Shown here: positions 38,208 through 48,240 of the stretch, piece by piece
How the letters are laid out: each line of letters begins with the position of its first letter
Position numbering within the stretch: the stretch's first letter is position 1
Sequence record: PP968062.1
Direction: 5' to 3' (one strand)
DNA: 64,000 nt
Notes under the pieces: generated by a model
Told to the model about the DNA's origin: nothing
Databases searched by the model: none
The model's input: only the letters and a program-made list of their open reading frames with translations
Made by a program: the position numbers and the translations under genes

Positions 38208-38774
38208 CTAGAACAACTGTGTAAGGAAGTAGTATCCGATTGCTACGGCATCGATGGAGTGTTCGTCCAGTTGATTATGATCAACCTCACCCCATACAAC
38301 ATCAGTTCTACTTACTAGTGCACGTCGTACGTCTTCTTTATCCGTACCCTTAATCTTCTTCATACCCACATTAGTCTTAACCGTTGTAGGGTCTACCATG
38401 TAAAGCGGTATAAAGGGATCGTACTCAAAAAGAGCACTTCGTATCACAGCAACACATTCCACGAGGGCAGCAAAGCTTGTAGCGAATCTACCTAAGTAGT
38501 TAGATTCTACTATAACTGCGTGTGGACGATGTGTCCTTAAGAAGTCTAGTATCAAATCTCGCATGATCATCAAGCGGACAACTCGACTACCATGCAATTC
38601 CCCAAACGTTGTATAGTCAGGGTGCGTATCTCTAAGAACGGAAGTGTAAGCTGTTTTAACATTCACGCCGACATTCTTAAAGTCGTGTTCCAGCAGAGCC
38701 TGACCCAAGTTGGAAGAACCTGGGTCAAACGATGCTACACGAAATGGTTCATCGCTCTTAGGCACCTGCAACAT
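38208..38774 (-). CDS. ruvC: RuvC-like Holliday junction resolvase
   Basis: ASFDPGSSNLG, VIVES, DPTTVK, DEHSIDAVAIG. Confidence 0.9.
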   Translation of the reverse strand: MLQVPKSDEPFRVASFDPGSSNLGQALLEHDFKNVGVNVKTAYTSVLRDTHPDYTTFGELHGSRVVRLMIMRDLILDFLRTHRPHAVIVESNYLGRFATSFAALVECVAVIRSALFEYDPFIPLYMVDPTTVKTNVGMKKIKGTDKEDVRRALVSRTDVVWGEVDHNQLDEHSIDAVAIGYYFLTQLF

Positions 38775-38784
38775 AACTAAGTCC

Positions 38785-39681
38785 TTATACGAACTTAGCT
38801 ACGTTTACAGCCTTGTCACCAAGAGTCGGTTCAACGCCGCCGATATCGAAAGTCAGGTTCAGACCGTTCGAGTTATAACCAATCGGGTGGTTAGTAGCGA
38901 TGTGTACGTTTACTTGGCAAGCGATTACTTCGAGATACTGGAACGAACCGCCTGAACCAGCAGGTGCATCAACCTTACGGTCTACACCAGAGCACAGACC
39001 AATTTCCGAGATGATCGGAGAACGAGTCGATGCAGTACGGATACGGTGAGCGTTAGTGATCTCGATGATATCTTCAGCAGACAAGCTTACCTTAACGATA
39101 GCCGATGCAGAGATGTTCTTGTTCGAGCCAATAACAGTGCCGTTGTTCGAGATTGCTGGAGGAACAGGGTTGAGGTCATCAACTGTCGGAGTGTACGGCT
39201 TCGGTGTAGGGATACCGTTGATTACTTCGATTTCCAGAAGCTGAGGTTGCACACCAGTAACGTTGATTCGTAAACCGTAGTAAGCGATGTAGTTCTTACC
39301 ATTATGGGATTCAGGAACCCGCAGGCAGAAACGATCACGCTGGGCCGCTGGAAGATCGTCATTGACTTCACGGAGTACGAAAGGGATGTGGTTATACAGT
39401 GCAGCATGGTTGGAGCGGTGAATACGGTTCTCTACTTCGTCAGAGCCGTCAGCAGCTTTAACAGTGTAGTGACCCATGTTACCGATTACCATGTAGCGGA
39501 CGTTCGGGATTTCACCAGCAGCTGGGGTAATACCATTCTGTACGCCGAACTTCTCGTTAAGAGTAGTGTGAGCGATTACACGGAACGGAGATAGACCGAG
39601 ATACTTGGTGGTTTGCAGATACGATGCATAGCACGTACGTACTACGTTGATAATCTGCTGATCGATAGGGTTGCTAGCCAT
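38785..39681 (-). CDS. Virion structural (tail or baseplate) protein (298 aa)
   Basis: ISEIGLCSG and YIAYYG motifs typical of phiKZ-like tail proteins; conserved position. Confidence 0.65.
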   Translation of the reverse strand: MASNPIDQQIINVVRTCYASYLQTTKYLGLSPFRVIAHTTLNEKFGVQNGITPAAGEIPNVRYMVIGNMGHYTVKAADGSDEVENRIHRSNHAALYNHIPFVLREVNDDLPAAQRDRFCLRVPESHNGKNYIAYYGLRINVTGVQPQLLEIEVINGIPTPKPYTPTVDDLNPVPPAISNNGTVIGSNKNISASAIVKVSLSAEDIIEITNAHRIRTASTRSPIISEIGLCSGVDRKVDAPAGSGGSFQYLEVIACQVNVHIATNHPIGYNSNGLNLTFDIGGVEPTLGDKAVNVAKFV

Positions 39682-39738
39682 TCTTTTAATCCTTGACTTA
39701 GAAAGTTCATTGTACCATTGTGTAAGAATTTTTAGCTT

Positions 39739-39764
39739 GCCTCCCTTTGGGGAGGCTTATGCCG
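39739..39764 (-). terminator. Hairpin, conserved-flank family
   Basis: gcctccc-tttg-gggaggcttatgccg. Confidence 0.65.
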
Positions 39765-40253
39765 TTAGGTGTACTGTTGGAAGTCACCACGTATCATTAC
39801 ACATGCCCACAACTGACCATGGTCGGACTTGGGAATAGCGTGAACGGTACTCAAGTTGAAAGCGATCTGCTCGCCTTTACGAAGTTCAACAAGACGACCG
39901 TTAAGTTGGATAGATTGGCGGTCAGTCAATGCAGTAGCAATGATAGTACCCGAACCAGGTTTATCTACCCAGGTAGTCATCTGATCGAGGAATCCACGTC
40001 CAGCAGGAATATCAAGGAACCAACCCTGAACTGCTTTCTTTTGGATATCTTCGTGGAAACCAATACGGAAGGTTTCACGTTGAGCTGCGGTCCAATCAAA
40101 CCACTTTGCATAATTGTAGATGCTCAGTGCTTTGGTCTTGTTCTTACCGATACGACAACGCGAACCATAGGAATCTTTGTACTTAACCTGACGGGAAAGC
40201 TTTACCAGAGTTTCCACTTCCTCATCGGTAAGGGGTTCGAAATGTTTATACAT
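39765..40253 (-). CDS. Degenerate 2OG-Fe(II) oxygenase or cupin-like protein (162 aa)
   Basis: Double-stranded beta-helix pattern with distal His (VHAI); HxD position reads DQM. Confidence 0.55.
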   Translation of the reverse strand: MYKHFEPLTDEEVETLVKLSRQVKYKDSYGSRCRIGKNKTKALSIYNYAKWFDWTAAQRETFRIGFHEDIQKKAVQGWFLDIPAGRGFLDQMTTWVDKPGSGTIIATALTDRQSIQLNGRLVELRKGEQIAFNLSTVHAIPKSDHGQLWACVMIRGDFQQYT

Positions 40254-40260
40254 GTCTGTC

Positions 40261-40743
40261 CTACTCGTAGAGATAGATGAGAACGAAACGAAGATGTTTC
40301 ACAGGAGGTACAGAATGCGGTGGAGTTTTGGCAGGGAAGATTACAGCTCTTCCGGGAACGTCTGGGATGAACTCACCATCTAGGTCAAGTCCATCTCCAT
40401 TATCGCACAAAGCAATGACCATATTAAATCGGTACATTGCAATGTCGATATGCTCCGGCATACCAAAACCAACCTCGTACATATTAACACATGCTTCTTT
40501 GGGTTTTATTCCATCGATGGTAGGTGCAATTTCAAACAGATAATCACTAAGCTCTTTTGGCATCTGTCCATTACCAAGGAACCAGTAGTTTGCTTCCACT
40601 GTACCCTTGGTAGGGATACTATTTATCTTCTTGCGATTGTACCATCTTGCACGAGGTAGCGCTTTTAAGTACTCCACCAGTCTTTCACTAACTGGTTGCG
40701 AAAACACGACCGCCTTCGATGTTTCTTGGGCCAATGAGTTCAT
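40261..40743 (-). CDS. 2OG-Fe(II) oxygenase; start uncertain
   Basis: VNMY..G..MPEHID (HxD), PHSVPP (His), RFVLIY (Arg). Confidence 0.85.
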   Translation of the reverse strand: MNSLAQETSKAVVFSQPVSERLVEYLKALPRARWYNRKKINSIPTKGTVEANYWFLGNGQMPKELSDYLFEIAPTIDGIKPKEACVNMYEVGFGMPEHIDIAMYRFNMVIALCDNGDGLDLDGEFIPDVPGRAVIFPAKTPPHSVPPVKHLRFVLIYLYE

Positions 40744-41284
40744 GGAGACCGCCTTCGAAGGTAGCAGCTCGATCTTCGGCTTCTTGCTCATTGGTAATGT
40801 ATTCGTAGTTGGGATCATTCTGATAGAACTCTTTGTGATTTCGACTAGTATCTTTACAGAGTTTGATATAGTCTAGCATCTCACTAAGTTCAGTAAGTTC
40901 AAGACCGGTCTTCTCTGCAAGAGCCACGATTGCACGCCCAAGCACGTTTACTTGTTCTACGACAGGATAACGTTGAGTGATCTTGTAAGCCATCTGGTTG
41001 TCCAGCTGTGCTTCATAGATCAGACGAGGACCTTCGTTCTCTCCAAGAATAGAGTAGTTCTTTTCCCAGGTTCCATCGTCATTGATGGTGAGGTCACCGA
41101 CAACTCGGTCACCATTAAACAGATCCATGTTGTCTTCAACATAGATCACGTTTGGGTTATCTGGATCGCATTGATCGATAGTCATCGAAGTAGCAACGAT
41201 GAACTTACCATTCAGACGGTTAAAACAAAGGACAACAGGTTTACGACCCTTTTCAGGTTCTGGTACATTATGAAAATCGAACAT
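40688..41284 (-). CDS. Putative tail fibre assembly or chaperone protein (198 aa)
   Basis: Follows the fibre genes; KITQRYPVVEQVNVL resembles chaperone-type motifs. Confidence 0.5.
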   Translation of the reverse strand: MFDFHNVPEPEKGRKPVVLCFNRLNGKFIVATSMTIDQCDPDNPNVIYVEDNMDLFNGDRVVGDLTINDDGTWEKNYSILGENEGPRLIYEAQLDNQMAYKITQRYPVVEQVNVLGRAIVALAEKTGLELTELSEMLDYIKLCKDTSRNHKEFYQNDPNYEYITNEQEAEDRAATFEGGLHELIGPRNIEGGRVFATS

Positions 41285-41296
41285 GTGTAATTTCCT

Positions 41297-42661
41297 TTAG
41301 ACGATTCGAGTGAGACTACTACCGTTACGGCGCATTACAACCATTGTTGGCATTTTGCGACCATTGTTGAAGTCCAGCAAGTATTGAGCAAATCCATAAC
41401 CACCATCAGCAATCTGCGAGATATTTGCCTGGAGAGCACTGATAGCAGCTTGAGCGCTAGCATAACGTCCACCAGCATAATAGTGCCCACGTGCATTGGC
41501 ATTATAAGTCGCAAATAGATCACGGAAGTGAACGATTTGTCCATTACCCATAATGCAGTAGTCAGACGGGATATTTGGACGACCTTGAGGATCAGTTCCA
41601 GTAGGAGGCCATGGAGTTGGGAACGACGTAACGAATTGTTTTAACTCAAAACGAGTGATGTTCCAAATGTTACTAGCGTCAAGGTCAACTCGCGCTGGGA
41701 AATACAATTGTTCCCAACCTACACCAGCTAACAGTTTAGACGTAAATGCACGCTGTGTACGGTGAAGCCGTTGTGCATAGACTGCATCAATCTCGGCTTT
41801 GCTGTACAGGTTCATGATTGCCAGTGTTAACCCATGTGGGTTATTTTGATTACGGATGTGGTCTGTAAGCTTTGGAATCAAAATGGATTGGATTAGATTA
41901 AAGATACCTCCAATTGGCATATACACATTGGTAAGAGTAGTATCTGTTGACTGGGCTTTTGTGGCCATTGGCCAGTTATTAATTAGACCCAACTTAATCT
42001 TTGTCTTATCCGAAGAGTGCGGGTTATTTTCATCGGTTATGTGAGCATTCACCCGATTGATATAGTTTTGCACTTCGTCTTTCGCAAGCTGAACGTAATA
42101 TTTGTAATAGTCCGTACCAGAAGCGAGAATCGCAGTTCGCCCGGCTGCCCATGCATCACCTAAACGGTTAATATTGACAACTGTGGACTCAAGACCATAC
42201 AACTGCCAATACTCATGCATGTGTTCAGATGGAGTATATGCAGTCGGCTTACCGATGATTTCTTCCCAAGTAAACTTAAGATTAGTCTCATCTATTTTCT
42301 CCATCAGTGCTTTGAGTTCTTTTACAGAAACACTGAAGAATCCACCAACTGCATGGTATTCCACTCGAACGACTGGAGTGACAGAAGCATTGGTGATAAC
42401 CACAAGGCCCATCACATTCTGCCCAGTCATTTCAGAAAGCTTTTCGTAGTGATAGGTTAAAACATAGTCCTTACCACGTACGAGTGCTTTACCAGTAGAG
42501 TCCCTTAGTACAAAGCCATTCGTATAGAAACCACCATGGGTACAAACGAACACACGATGCTTCTTACCAGGAACTTGAATTAGAGTGTGTTCCTCACCTT
42601 TAATCCAGTTATCTGGATCTTCACCAGTAAGGTCAAGCTCAAGAAAAGTAATATCGTTCAT
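41297..42661 (-). CDS. Tail/baseplate fibre protein, phiKZ gp131-135 paralog family (454 aa)
   Basis: N-terminal LDLTG.DPDN.I.GE, HxHEYWQLYG, 2 HIxDxxNPH repeats. Confidence 0.8.
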   Translation of the reverse strand: MNDITFLELDLTGEDPDNWIKGEEHTLIQVPGKKHRVFVCTHGGFYTNGFVLRDSTGKALVRGKDYVLTYHYEKLSEMTGQNVMGLVVITNASVTPVVRVEYHAVGGFFSVSVKELKALMEKIDETNLKFTWEEIIGKPTAYTPSEHMHEYWQLYGLESTVVNINRLGDAWAAGRTAILASGTDYYKYYVQLAKDEVQNYINRVNAHITDENNPHSSDKTKIKLGLINNWPMATKAQSTDTTLTNVYMPIGGIFNLIQSILIPKLTDHIRNQNNPHGLTLAIMNLYSKAEIDAVYAQRLHRTQRAFTSKLLAGVGWEQLYFPARVDLDASNIWNITRFELKQFVTSFPTPWPPTGTDPQGRPNIPSDYCIMGNGQIVHFRDLFATYNANARGHYYAGGRYASAQAAISALQANISQIADGGYGFAQYLLDFNNGRKMPTMVVMRRNGSSLTRIV

Positions 42662-44068
42662 TTATACCTTCCAGGAATTTAGCAATGTATCAAACACAGC
42701 GAAACCAACGGAGTTAATATACGTTGTGATTGCACCGTTACCAGTACCGATACCCCAGCCACCAAGATAACGGAAGATGGCCGTTGTACCAGCAGGGTGG
42801 TTCCTACCTAGCACGTTGTTCAACTGAGCTTCAGCGTTTGCACCATTAGGATCGAACGATCCAGCAGCGTAAATAACACTCTTTGGTTTATCGATCCAGG
42901 CTTCTTGAATATCGACCCAATGAAGCCAACTGGCGGCGTCAGCTGATGCAGGAACAAGGAATGCGTAGTTACTGGCCGGTGGGATTACCCCACTTGCAAA
43001 CGTTTGTGGTGGTAACAGACCTGTCTTTATCTGTCCAAGGATTTCGTTTGTGCGAGTGTACTCATAAAGCTCTTGGAATGTCATTCCATTGTTAGTCGTA
43101 TTGTTATTGGCATCTTTAACACCACCAATACGATCAGTACTGTTAACAGTTTCACCACGGTTGTAATAGTTCCCAGCTACTTGCTGGTGTTCTTGAACTG
43201 TATACGTACCGAGTTTGGCGGCTGTCTCTTTGTGAGGGTTATTACGGTCCTCAATGTGCGCTTGTAGAATCGGTATGAAATTCTTATCGATACTTTGTTT
43301 AGCGCGTAATGGCGTAGCATAACGATCAAGGATATCCCCATTGGCTGCTTCAGCTTGATCTTTAGTAGCAATAGCAGCATTCTTCACTTTTTCAAGCTGT
43401 ACTTTTGCAGCTGTGAGTTTGTGAGGGTTATTACGATCGTTAATGTGGGTAGTAAGACGTTGTTCGATGGAGGTAAGCTCATCTCCAACTAAAGCCAGTT
43501 CAGCTTTATATTGATCAAACAGAGCGTCCATATCTTTCTTTACGAACTTCTCACCAGCGGCGGTGATTCGCTTAAGTAGTAATACTTGAGGCGTAAACCC
43601 ATATAGTTCCCACAATGCGTGTAGGTGGCCGTTAGGTTTATAATCATCCGGTTTACCAGTGATGTTGTTCCAATGGATTTTCCGAGTATTGTTGATCAAC
43701 CCAAGTGCTTGGTTAGCGATCGCTTTACCAAGGTTACAGTAAACACCACCGACCATTTGGGCATCAACCCTGATCTCATGGTGAACCCGAGGGTTCTTAA
43801 TGACAATAACTGCAAAAGCTGGAAGACCAGTCTTCTTAGTAATCTCTGGATGCATCTGAGTGCATTGAAAATCGTCCTTCTCTTTTAACACATAGCCACG
43901 ACCATCGATCATGTGCAAGTTGTTATTATAGAAGTACCCTTTATCCAGAACAATCACCCGATATGGCAGACCAGCTTGATCTGCCAAGTTGTGGTATTCT
44001 CCACGCGTGCGGTTATTGAAACAAGTGCCCGTCCCATCATAGGGAAGAGCGTGAAGTAATGGGTTCAT
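42662..44068 (-). CDS. Tail/baseplate fibre protein, gp131-135 family (468 aa)
   Basis: YDGTG..NN, GHLHALWELYG, 2 NNPH repeats. Confidence 0.8.
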   Translation of the reverse strand: MNPLLHALPYDGTGTCFNNRTRGEYHNLADQAGLPYRVIVLDKGYFYNNNLHMIDGRGYVLKEKDDFQCTQMHPEITKKTGLPAFAVIVIKNPRVHHEIRVDAQMVGGVYCNLGKAIANQALGLINNTRKIHWNNITGKPDDYKPNGHLHALWELYGFTPQVLLLKRITAAGEKFVKKDMDALFDQYKAELALVGDELTSIEQRLTTHINDRNNPHKLTAAKVQLEKVKNAAIATKDQAEAANGDILDRYATPLRAKQSIDKNFIPILQAHIEDRNNPHKETAAKLGTYTVQEHQQVAGNYYNRGETVNSTDRIGGVKDANNNTTNNGMTFQELYEYTRTNEILGQIKTGLLPPQTFASGVIPPASNYAFLVPASADAASWLHWVDIQEAWIDKPKSVIYAAGSFDPNGANAEAQLNNVLGRNHPAGTTAIFRYLGGWGIGTGNGAITTYINSVGFAVFDTLLNSWKV

Positions 44069-44078
44069 GTTGATTCCT

Positions 44079-45446
44079 TTAGATTGGTACCCAACCTTGA
44101 CCTGGGATATTCATAGAAGCGTAAAGAATGTCGTATACACCGTTCCACGCACCGTTACCAGCACCCCAAGCTTTAGTTTCGCGAATATAGTAGAAAACAA
44201 TACTATTCAAACGCATGTTAGAGAATGGGGGTGTAGTAGCAACCATTGCGTTTGCTTGTGCTTGAGTGATATTGACGTTGAAAGATGCAAATGCAACATC
44301 ACCACTACCGCCTTGAGGTAGAAGCGACAATAGAGCGTCAATATTAGTCCAGTTCCGATTGTTATCGAGAACAGCACGATTATTCAGAATACCACGACCG
44401 AGTCGACCAAGAGGAAGTTTACCTTGATCGTAGTTAGTGAAAGCATTCGCCGGGATGTCTTTACGATACAACTGTAGAATCTGGCTGTATGTCATATCCT
44501 GATTTAACCAGAATCCAAGGTTAGAGTTTTCAACAACCTCATTCCGTAGATATTTGGTATTAGCTAGAGCATTCACTTCTTGCTTGCTATGGGTATTCAA
44601 TTGCGCATTGGTAACACCATGCACATTACCTCGGGCGTCAATGTGTGCTTGTAACGGATCACCACCAAGTTTACTTACTTCAGCAGCTGAAAGCTGTGGG
44701 GTAAGATAAAGCTCGTTAGATAAACCAGCGATAGCCTCAGCAAGACTTGCCACGCGGTAGTTTTCTACAAGTCCTAGACCTACATGTTCTTTTGTATCGA
44801 CGTGCGGGTTTGCTTTATCTTGGATGTGTAAATCGAGTCGATTATTAAAGCGTTGTAAGAAACGATCATATTCGGCTTTTACATCTACTCGAAACTCAGC
44901 TTCTGCGTTACCAAGCTGACCAGTAATCGCACGAGAGATATTCTCAATCTCGTTGTTAAATGGTTGATAAGTATCTAGACGCCAACGCAGTGCAGCGAGT
45001 TCACCGGGACCATAAACTGGTTCAGTACCATTGTAGTCCAGCCACTTAGGAACATAGTCCGATGGTTTGGTTTTCCAGAAGTTAACGTAGTCTTGAATAA
45101 CGGTGAAACTGAATGCTACATCCCCGCCGACCATTTGGGCCGACAGATAGATCTTACCAGTGCGGGTCCGGTCTAAGAAGACGATACCACTAGCAATTTC
45201 CAGACCAAAGAACTCACTCGCCTGCTTATGGAAATAAGTGACGATGTAGTCTTTATTAGGGATGAGCTGAATATATTTCGAATCGAATACCTTGAGACTC
45301 TTTACATAGAAGCCACCATGGTACATCGTAACCATCTTGAACGGGAACCCCGAGATCGGAGTCAACGTTACATCTTCGCTACCTACCAGGTTATTCGGAT
45401 CACGTCCGGTCTTATCTAACGGTAGTTGTACGATTACATCGGACAT
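44079..45446 (-). CDS. Tail/baseplate fibre protein, gp131-135 family (455 aa)
   Basis: LDKTGRDPNNLVGSE, NPH and GNVH repeats. Confidence 0.8.
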   Translation of the reverse strand: MSDVIVQLPLDKTGRDPNNLVGSEDVTLTPISGFPFKMVTMYHGGFYVKSLKVFDSKYIQLIPNKDYIVTYFHKQASEFFGLEIASGIVFLDRTRTGKIYLSAQMVGGDVAFSFTVIQDYVNFWKTKPSDYVPKWLDYNGTEPVYGPGELAALRWRLDTYQPFNNEIENISRAITGQLGNAEAEFRVDVKAEYDRFLQRFNNRLDLHIQDKANPHVDTKEHVGLGLVENYRVASLAEAIAGLSNELYLTPQLSAAEVSKLGGDPLQAHIDARGNVHGVTNAQLNTHSKQEVNALANTKYLRNEVVENSNLGFWLNQDMTYSQILQLYRKDIPANAFTNYDQGKLPLGRLGRGILNNRAVLDNNRNWTNIDALLSLLPQGGSGDVAFASFNVNITQAQANAMVATTPPFSNMRLNSIVFYYIRETKAWGAGNGAWNGVYDILYASMNIPGQGWVPI

Positions 45447-45523
45447 TTATTTTCTCCAAATTGAACAAAAGATAGAACCACCGTGCTTTTACACACAGTG
45501 ATTCCATCTGATGCCAGGGTAAG

Positions 45524-45847
45524 TTACAAACGATCGTAAGCGTCGTTGAACGACTTTTCTATCGCCTTGAAGATATTCTCCTCGGCGTAGTTATCTACCC
45601 GTTTAGGTGTCATGAACGAAGAGTTGTTCGTGCCGCCCTTAGCTTGATCTTGCTGTGCTGGTAGCCAGTCAGGTACGTTACCTAGACCGATGTCGCGAGG
45701 AGTCAGTTCGTGCACGTTACCTTTTGCAAGGATGTGTCCGTTCAGACGATCGCGGCAACTGCGCAACAGGTTGAGAACGATATTGTTAAACTGACCAATA
45801 TTGTTCTTCAACTTATCAAGCTCAACGCGGAATACTGTCATAGTCAT
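45524..45847 (-). CDS. Short member of the same family (107 aa)
   Basis: HILAKGNVHELTPRDIGLGNVPD. Confidence 0.75.
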   Translation of the reverse strand: MTMTVFRVELDKLKNNIGQFNNIVLNLLRSCRDRLNGHILAKGNVHELTPRDIGLGNVPDWLPAQQDQAKGGTNNSSFMTPKRVDNYAEENIFKAIEKSFNDAYDRL

Positions 45848-45863
45848 CTTGAAAGTCTCCTAA

Positions 45864-48152
45864 TTAAGGGATCACGATTTCCGTCCCACCTTGCCAGATG
45901 AGAGCGTTAGTCGGAGAGTCACCCCAGAATTCTGCGTAGCCTAGGTTGTTCACAGTTACAGTGTAGCCGTTACCAGCAGCTGCACCATAGAAAGGTGCAG
46001 ACCCGTAAGGAATTTCCAACTGACCGTTTTCGTTACTACCGAATACTGCTACGTCTGTGTCCATGTTCTCAATGTTGGTAGGATCACGGCGGATCGAAAC
46101 AACGTGGTGTCCATATGTACCAGAGATAGAACTAACGTTAACAAGAGTATTCGCTTTTACGAACTTCTGATCTTTAGAAGACCATACGTCCAGAGTGGAG
46201 GTCACTTCAGTCAACTTGAAGGTCGGTGTATAAGTAATCTCGTACACACGGATACGTCCACCTGCCGGAGTGGTGGTGGAGTTAGTGCCGTAGAACACCA
46301 GATACTTAGAACCAAGGCGAATGTCACCAATTTTCCAACCACCGGTCAGCTGTGCAGCCAGAACCGGAGTTGCCGCAGCGACCCAATCAGCAGCACCGAT
46401 AGCAGTATAGGTCGGATCACCGGAAGCCGGAGTCTTCTCTACAATAGCCATCTTACGAGCATCGGCAAGTTCGGTAGCTACCCACATTTCGGTTACCATA
46501 TCGCTCTCGGCATAAACCTGGGTTACTGCTCCACCGGCGATCTTCATGATCTTACCTTCAACGGAGTCGGAACTCGGCTTGACCTGTACGTAGAGCTCGG
46601 TCTTAGAACCCCATATTGCGATCATTGCGTTAGCCTGATTGAAACCAGCACCGGCAGCCCAACCAGCAGGAATAACCAGCTTGGCAGAACCAGCGGAACG
46701 AATACCATCACCTTGCGACCAGGTACCGGCCTGATAATCATACACAGTCGGAACAAGATGGTAATCGGCGTCTTTCAAACTCAACCAAGTCCAGGCACCA
46801 CCTTTAACAGGAGTAGTCGGATAAGCAGCTTTACCAGCAGGCTCAGACATGTACATTGCATCAGCGGCACCGTTAAACAGTGCATATGCAGCGTAGCCAG
46901 ACTGAGCACCTTGGATCTTATTCATACGAGCTTTATCCTGTTCTCCAGGAGGAGTCGGATCATTGAAGCTAATATCGGCAGAAGATGTAATACCTTCCTG
47001 GATCTTAGCAGTCAGCTCTTTCAAGATACCATTGATATCATCGTTCGACGGGAACTTAGCTTCCCATTCAGCAGGAGTTTCTCCACCGAATGTATCCGCG
47101 TCGCCACCCGAACCACCACCAGCGGCGATCTTCTGATCGATCTCTTGCTTGGTATAGGTACCGATCTTACCCGGAGTGATATTGTGCGGGTTGTTATCGG
47201 TAAGGTGCTTGTTGAAATCAATGATCAATTGATCCAGACGCGGGTCACCTTGTACTGCTTGGATAAGCAGAGACACCGTATACGGAGTCATCAAGGTACT
47301 GTTGTTAGTCGGATCAACAGCCTGTTGTGGAGTTGCAGCAGGATAGTTGGGAACGTTACCCAGACCAATGTCTTTCGGAACCATTCCGTGAACGTTACCA
47401 GTTGCTGCAATGTGTGCGTTCAGAGGTTTCAGAGCATACTCTTGAATACCCAGAAGCATACCACGCGGATTTACAAACAGGTCATTACGGTTTGCGTCCT
47501 TGTGCTGTTGGTCCGTTGCCATCGAGAAGTTGGGAACGTTACCCAGAAGGACTTGGGTCTTGTTAACACGGTGAGGGTTATTAAAGTCTTTCAAGTGAGA
47601 CTCAGTGGTACCAGAAGCAGTAGCTTCCATGATATCACCAAGACGCTTCAGAGAATCGTTAATCTCTTTAGAACCCACCAGACTGTCGATCGGTTGATCG
47701 TGGTCAAGAGGCGGGAACGAGGCAGGGAGTACATCGATATTACCCCATGCACGAATCAGCGGGTTATACTGTCGACGAGACAGTTCCGCCAGAATAGCCT
47801 GATCGCTAAAGCCCCACTGCCCACCGATAGTCCGATAGTCAAGACGTGCTTGACCGGCGATAGAGCGTTTCATGAAGCGGATAGAACCAGCGATCGGTCG
47901 ACCAATAGAATCCATTGCTTCGATGAAACGGTGGCCGATCATGTAATCGATGCCTTCTACATACAGAGCACCGGTCTGGTTGTTCCGTACTTTAAGAGAG
48001 TCGACAAAGAAAGGGGCCGCTTTCGGAATAATGAAATAGTAATCGGTAGGGCCGGGTACTTGCAGGGTTTGCACTTCCCCTGTGATGAGGTTAGCGGGGT
48101 TTGTCCCGTGCAGATCCTCGTCATATAGACCAGTTGTACTAACGGTGGACAT
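45864..48152 (-). CDS. Tail fibre/baseplate protein, phiKZ gp131-like, probable C-terminal beta-propeller (762 aa)
   Basis: DLHGTNPANLITGE, 3 NPH/GNVH repeats, RCC1-like VFGSNENGQL. Confidence 0.8.
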   Translation of the reverse strand: MSTVSTTGLYDEDLHGTNPANLITGEVQTLQVPGPTDYYFIIPKAAPFFVDSLKVRNNQTGALYVEGIDYMIGHRFIEAMDSIGRPIAGSIRFMKRSIAGQARLDYRTIGGQWGFSDQAILAELSRRQYNPLIRAWGNIDVLPASFPPLDHDQPIDSLVGSKEINDSLKRLGDIMEATASGTTESHLKDFNNPHRVNKTQVLLGNVPNFSMATDQQHKDANRNDLFVNPRGMLLGIQEYALKPLNAHIAATGNVHGMVPKDIGLGNVPNYPAATPQQAVDPTNNSTLMTPYTVSLLIQAVQGDPRLDQLIIDFNKHLTDNNPHNITPGKIGTYTKQEIDQKIAAGGGSGGDADTFGGETPAEWEAKFPSNDDINGILKELTAKIQEGITSSADISFNDPTPPGEQDKARMNKIQGAQSGYAAYALFNGAADAMYMSEPAGKAAYPTTPVKGGAWTWLSLKDADYHLVPTVYDYQAGTWSQGDGIRSAGSAKLVIPAGWAAGAGFNQANAMIAIWGSKTELYVQVKPSSDSVEGKIMKIAGGAVTQVYAESDMVTEMWVATELADARKMAIVEKTPASGDPTYTAIGAADWVAAATPVLAAQLTGGWKIGDIRLGSKYLVFYGTNSTTTPAGGRIRVYEITYTPTFKLTEVTSTLDVWSSKDQKFVKANTLVNVSSISGTYGHHVVSIRRDPTNIENMDTDVAVFGSNENGQLEIPYGSAPFYGAAAGNGYTVTVNNLGYAEFWGDSPTNALIWQGGTEIVIP

Positions 48153-48240
48153 CGCGCCCTCCTTTAAAGCGCTAGCGCGCGGTTGTTAGCGTAATGATGT
48201 GAAATTCACATAAGATTGTCCGATCTTTTCTAACGGAGAC

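Noticed and set aside
45447-45523. Open frame after the TAA of 45524..45847 as another readthrough
   Set aside because: TAA stop, no recognisable motif, and it does not join the next gene in frame.
46104-48128. 674-aa + strand ORF
   Set aside because: Lies entirely opposite the 762-aa tail gene; shadow ORF.
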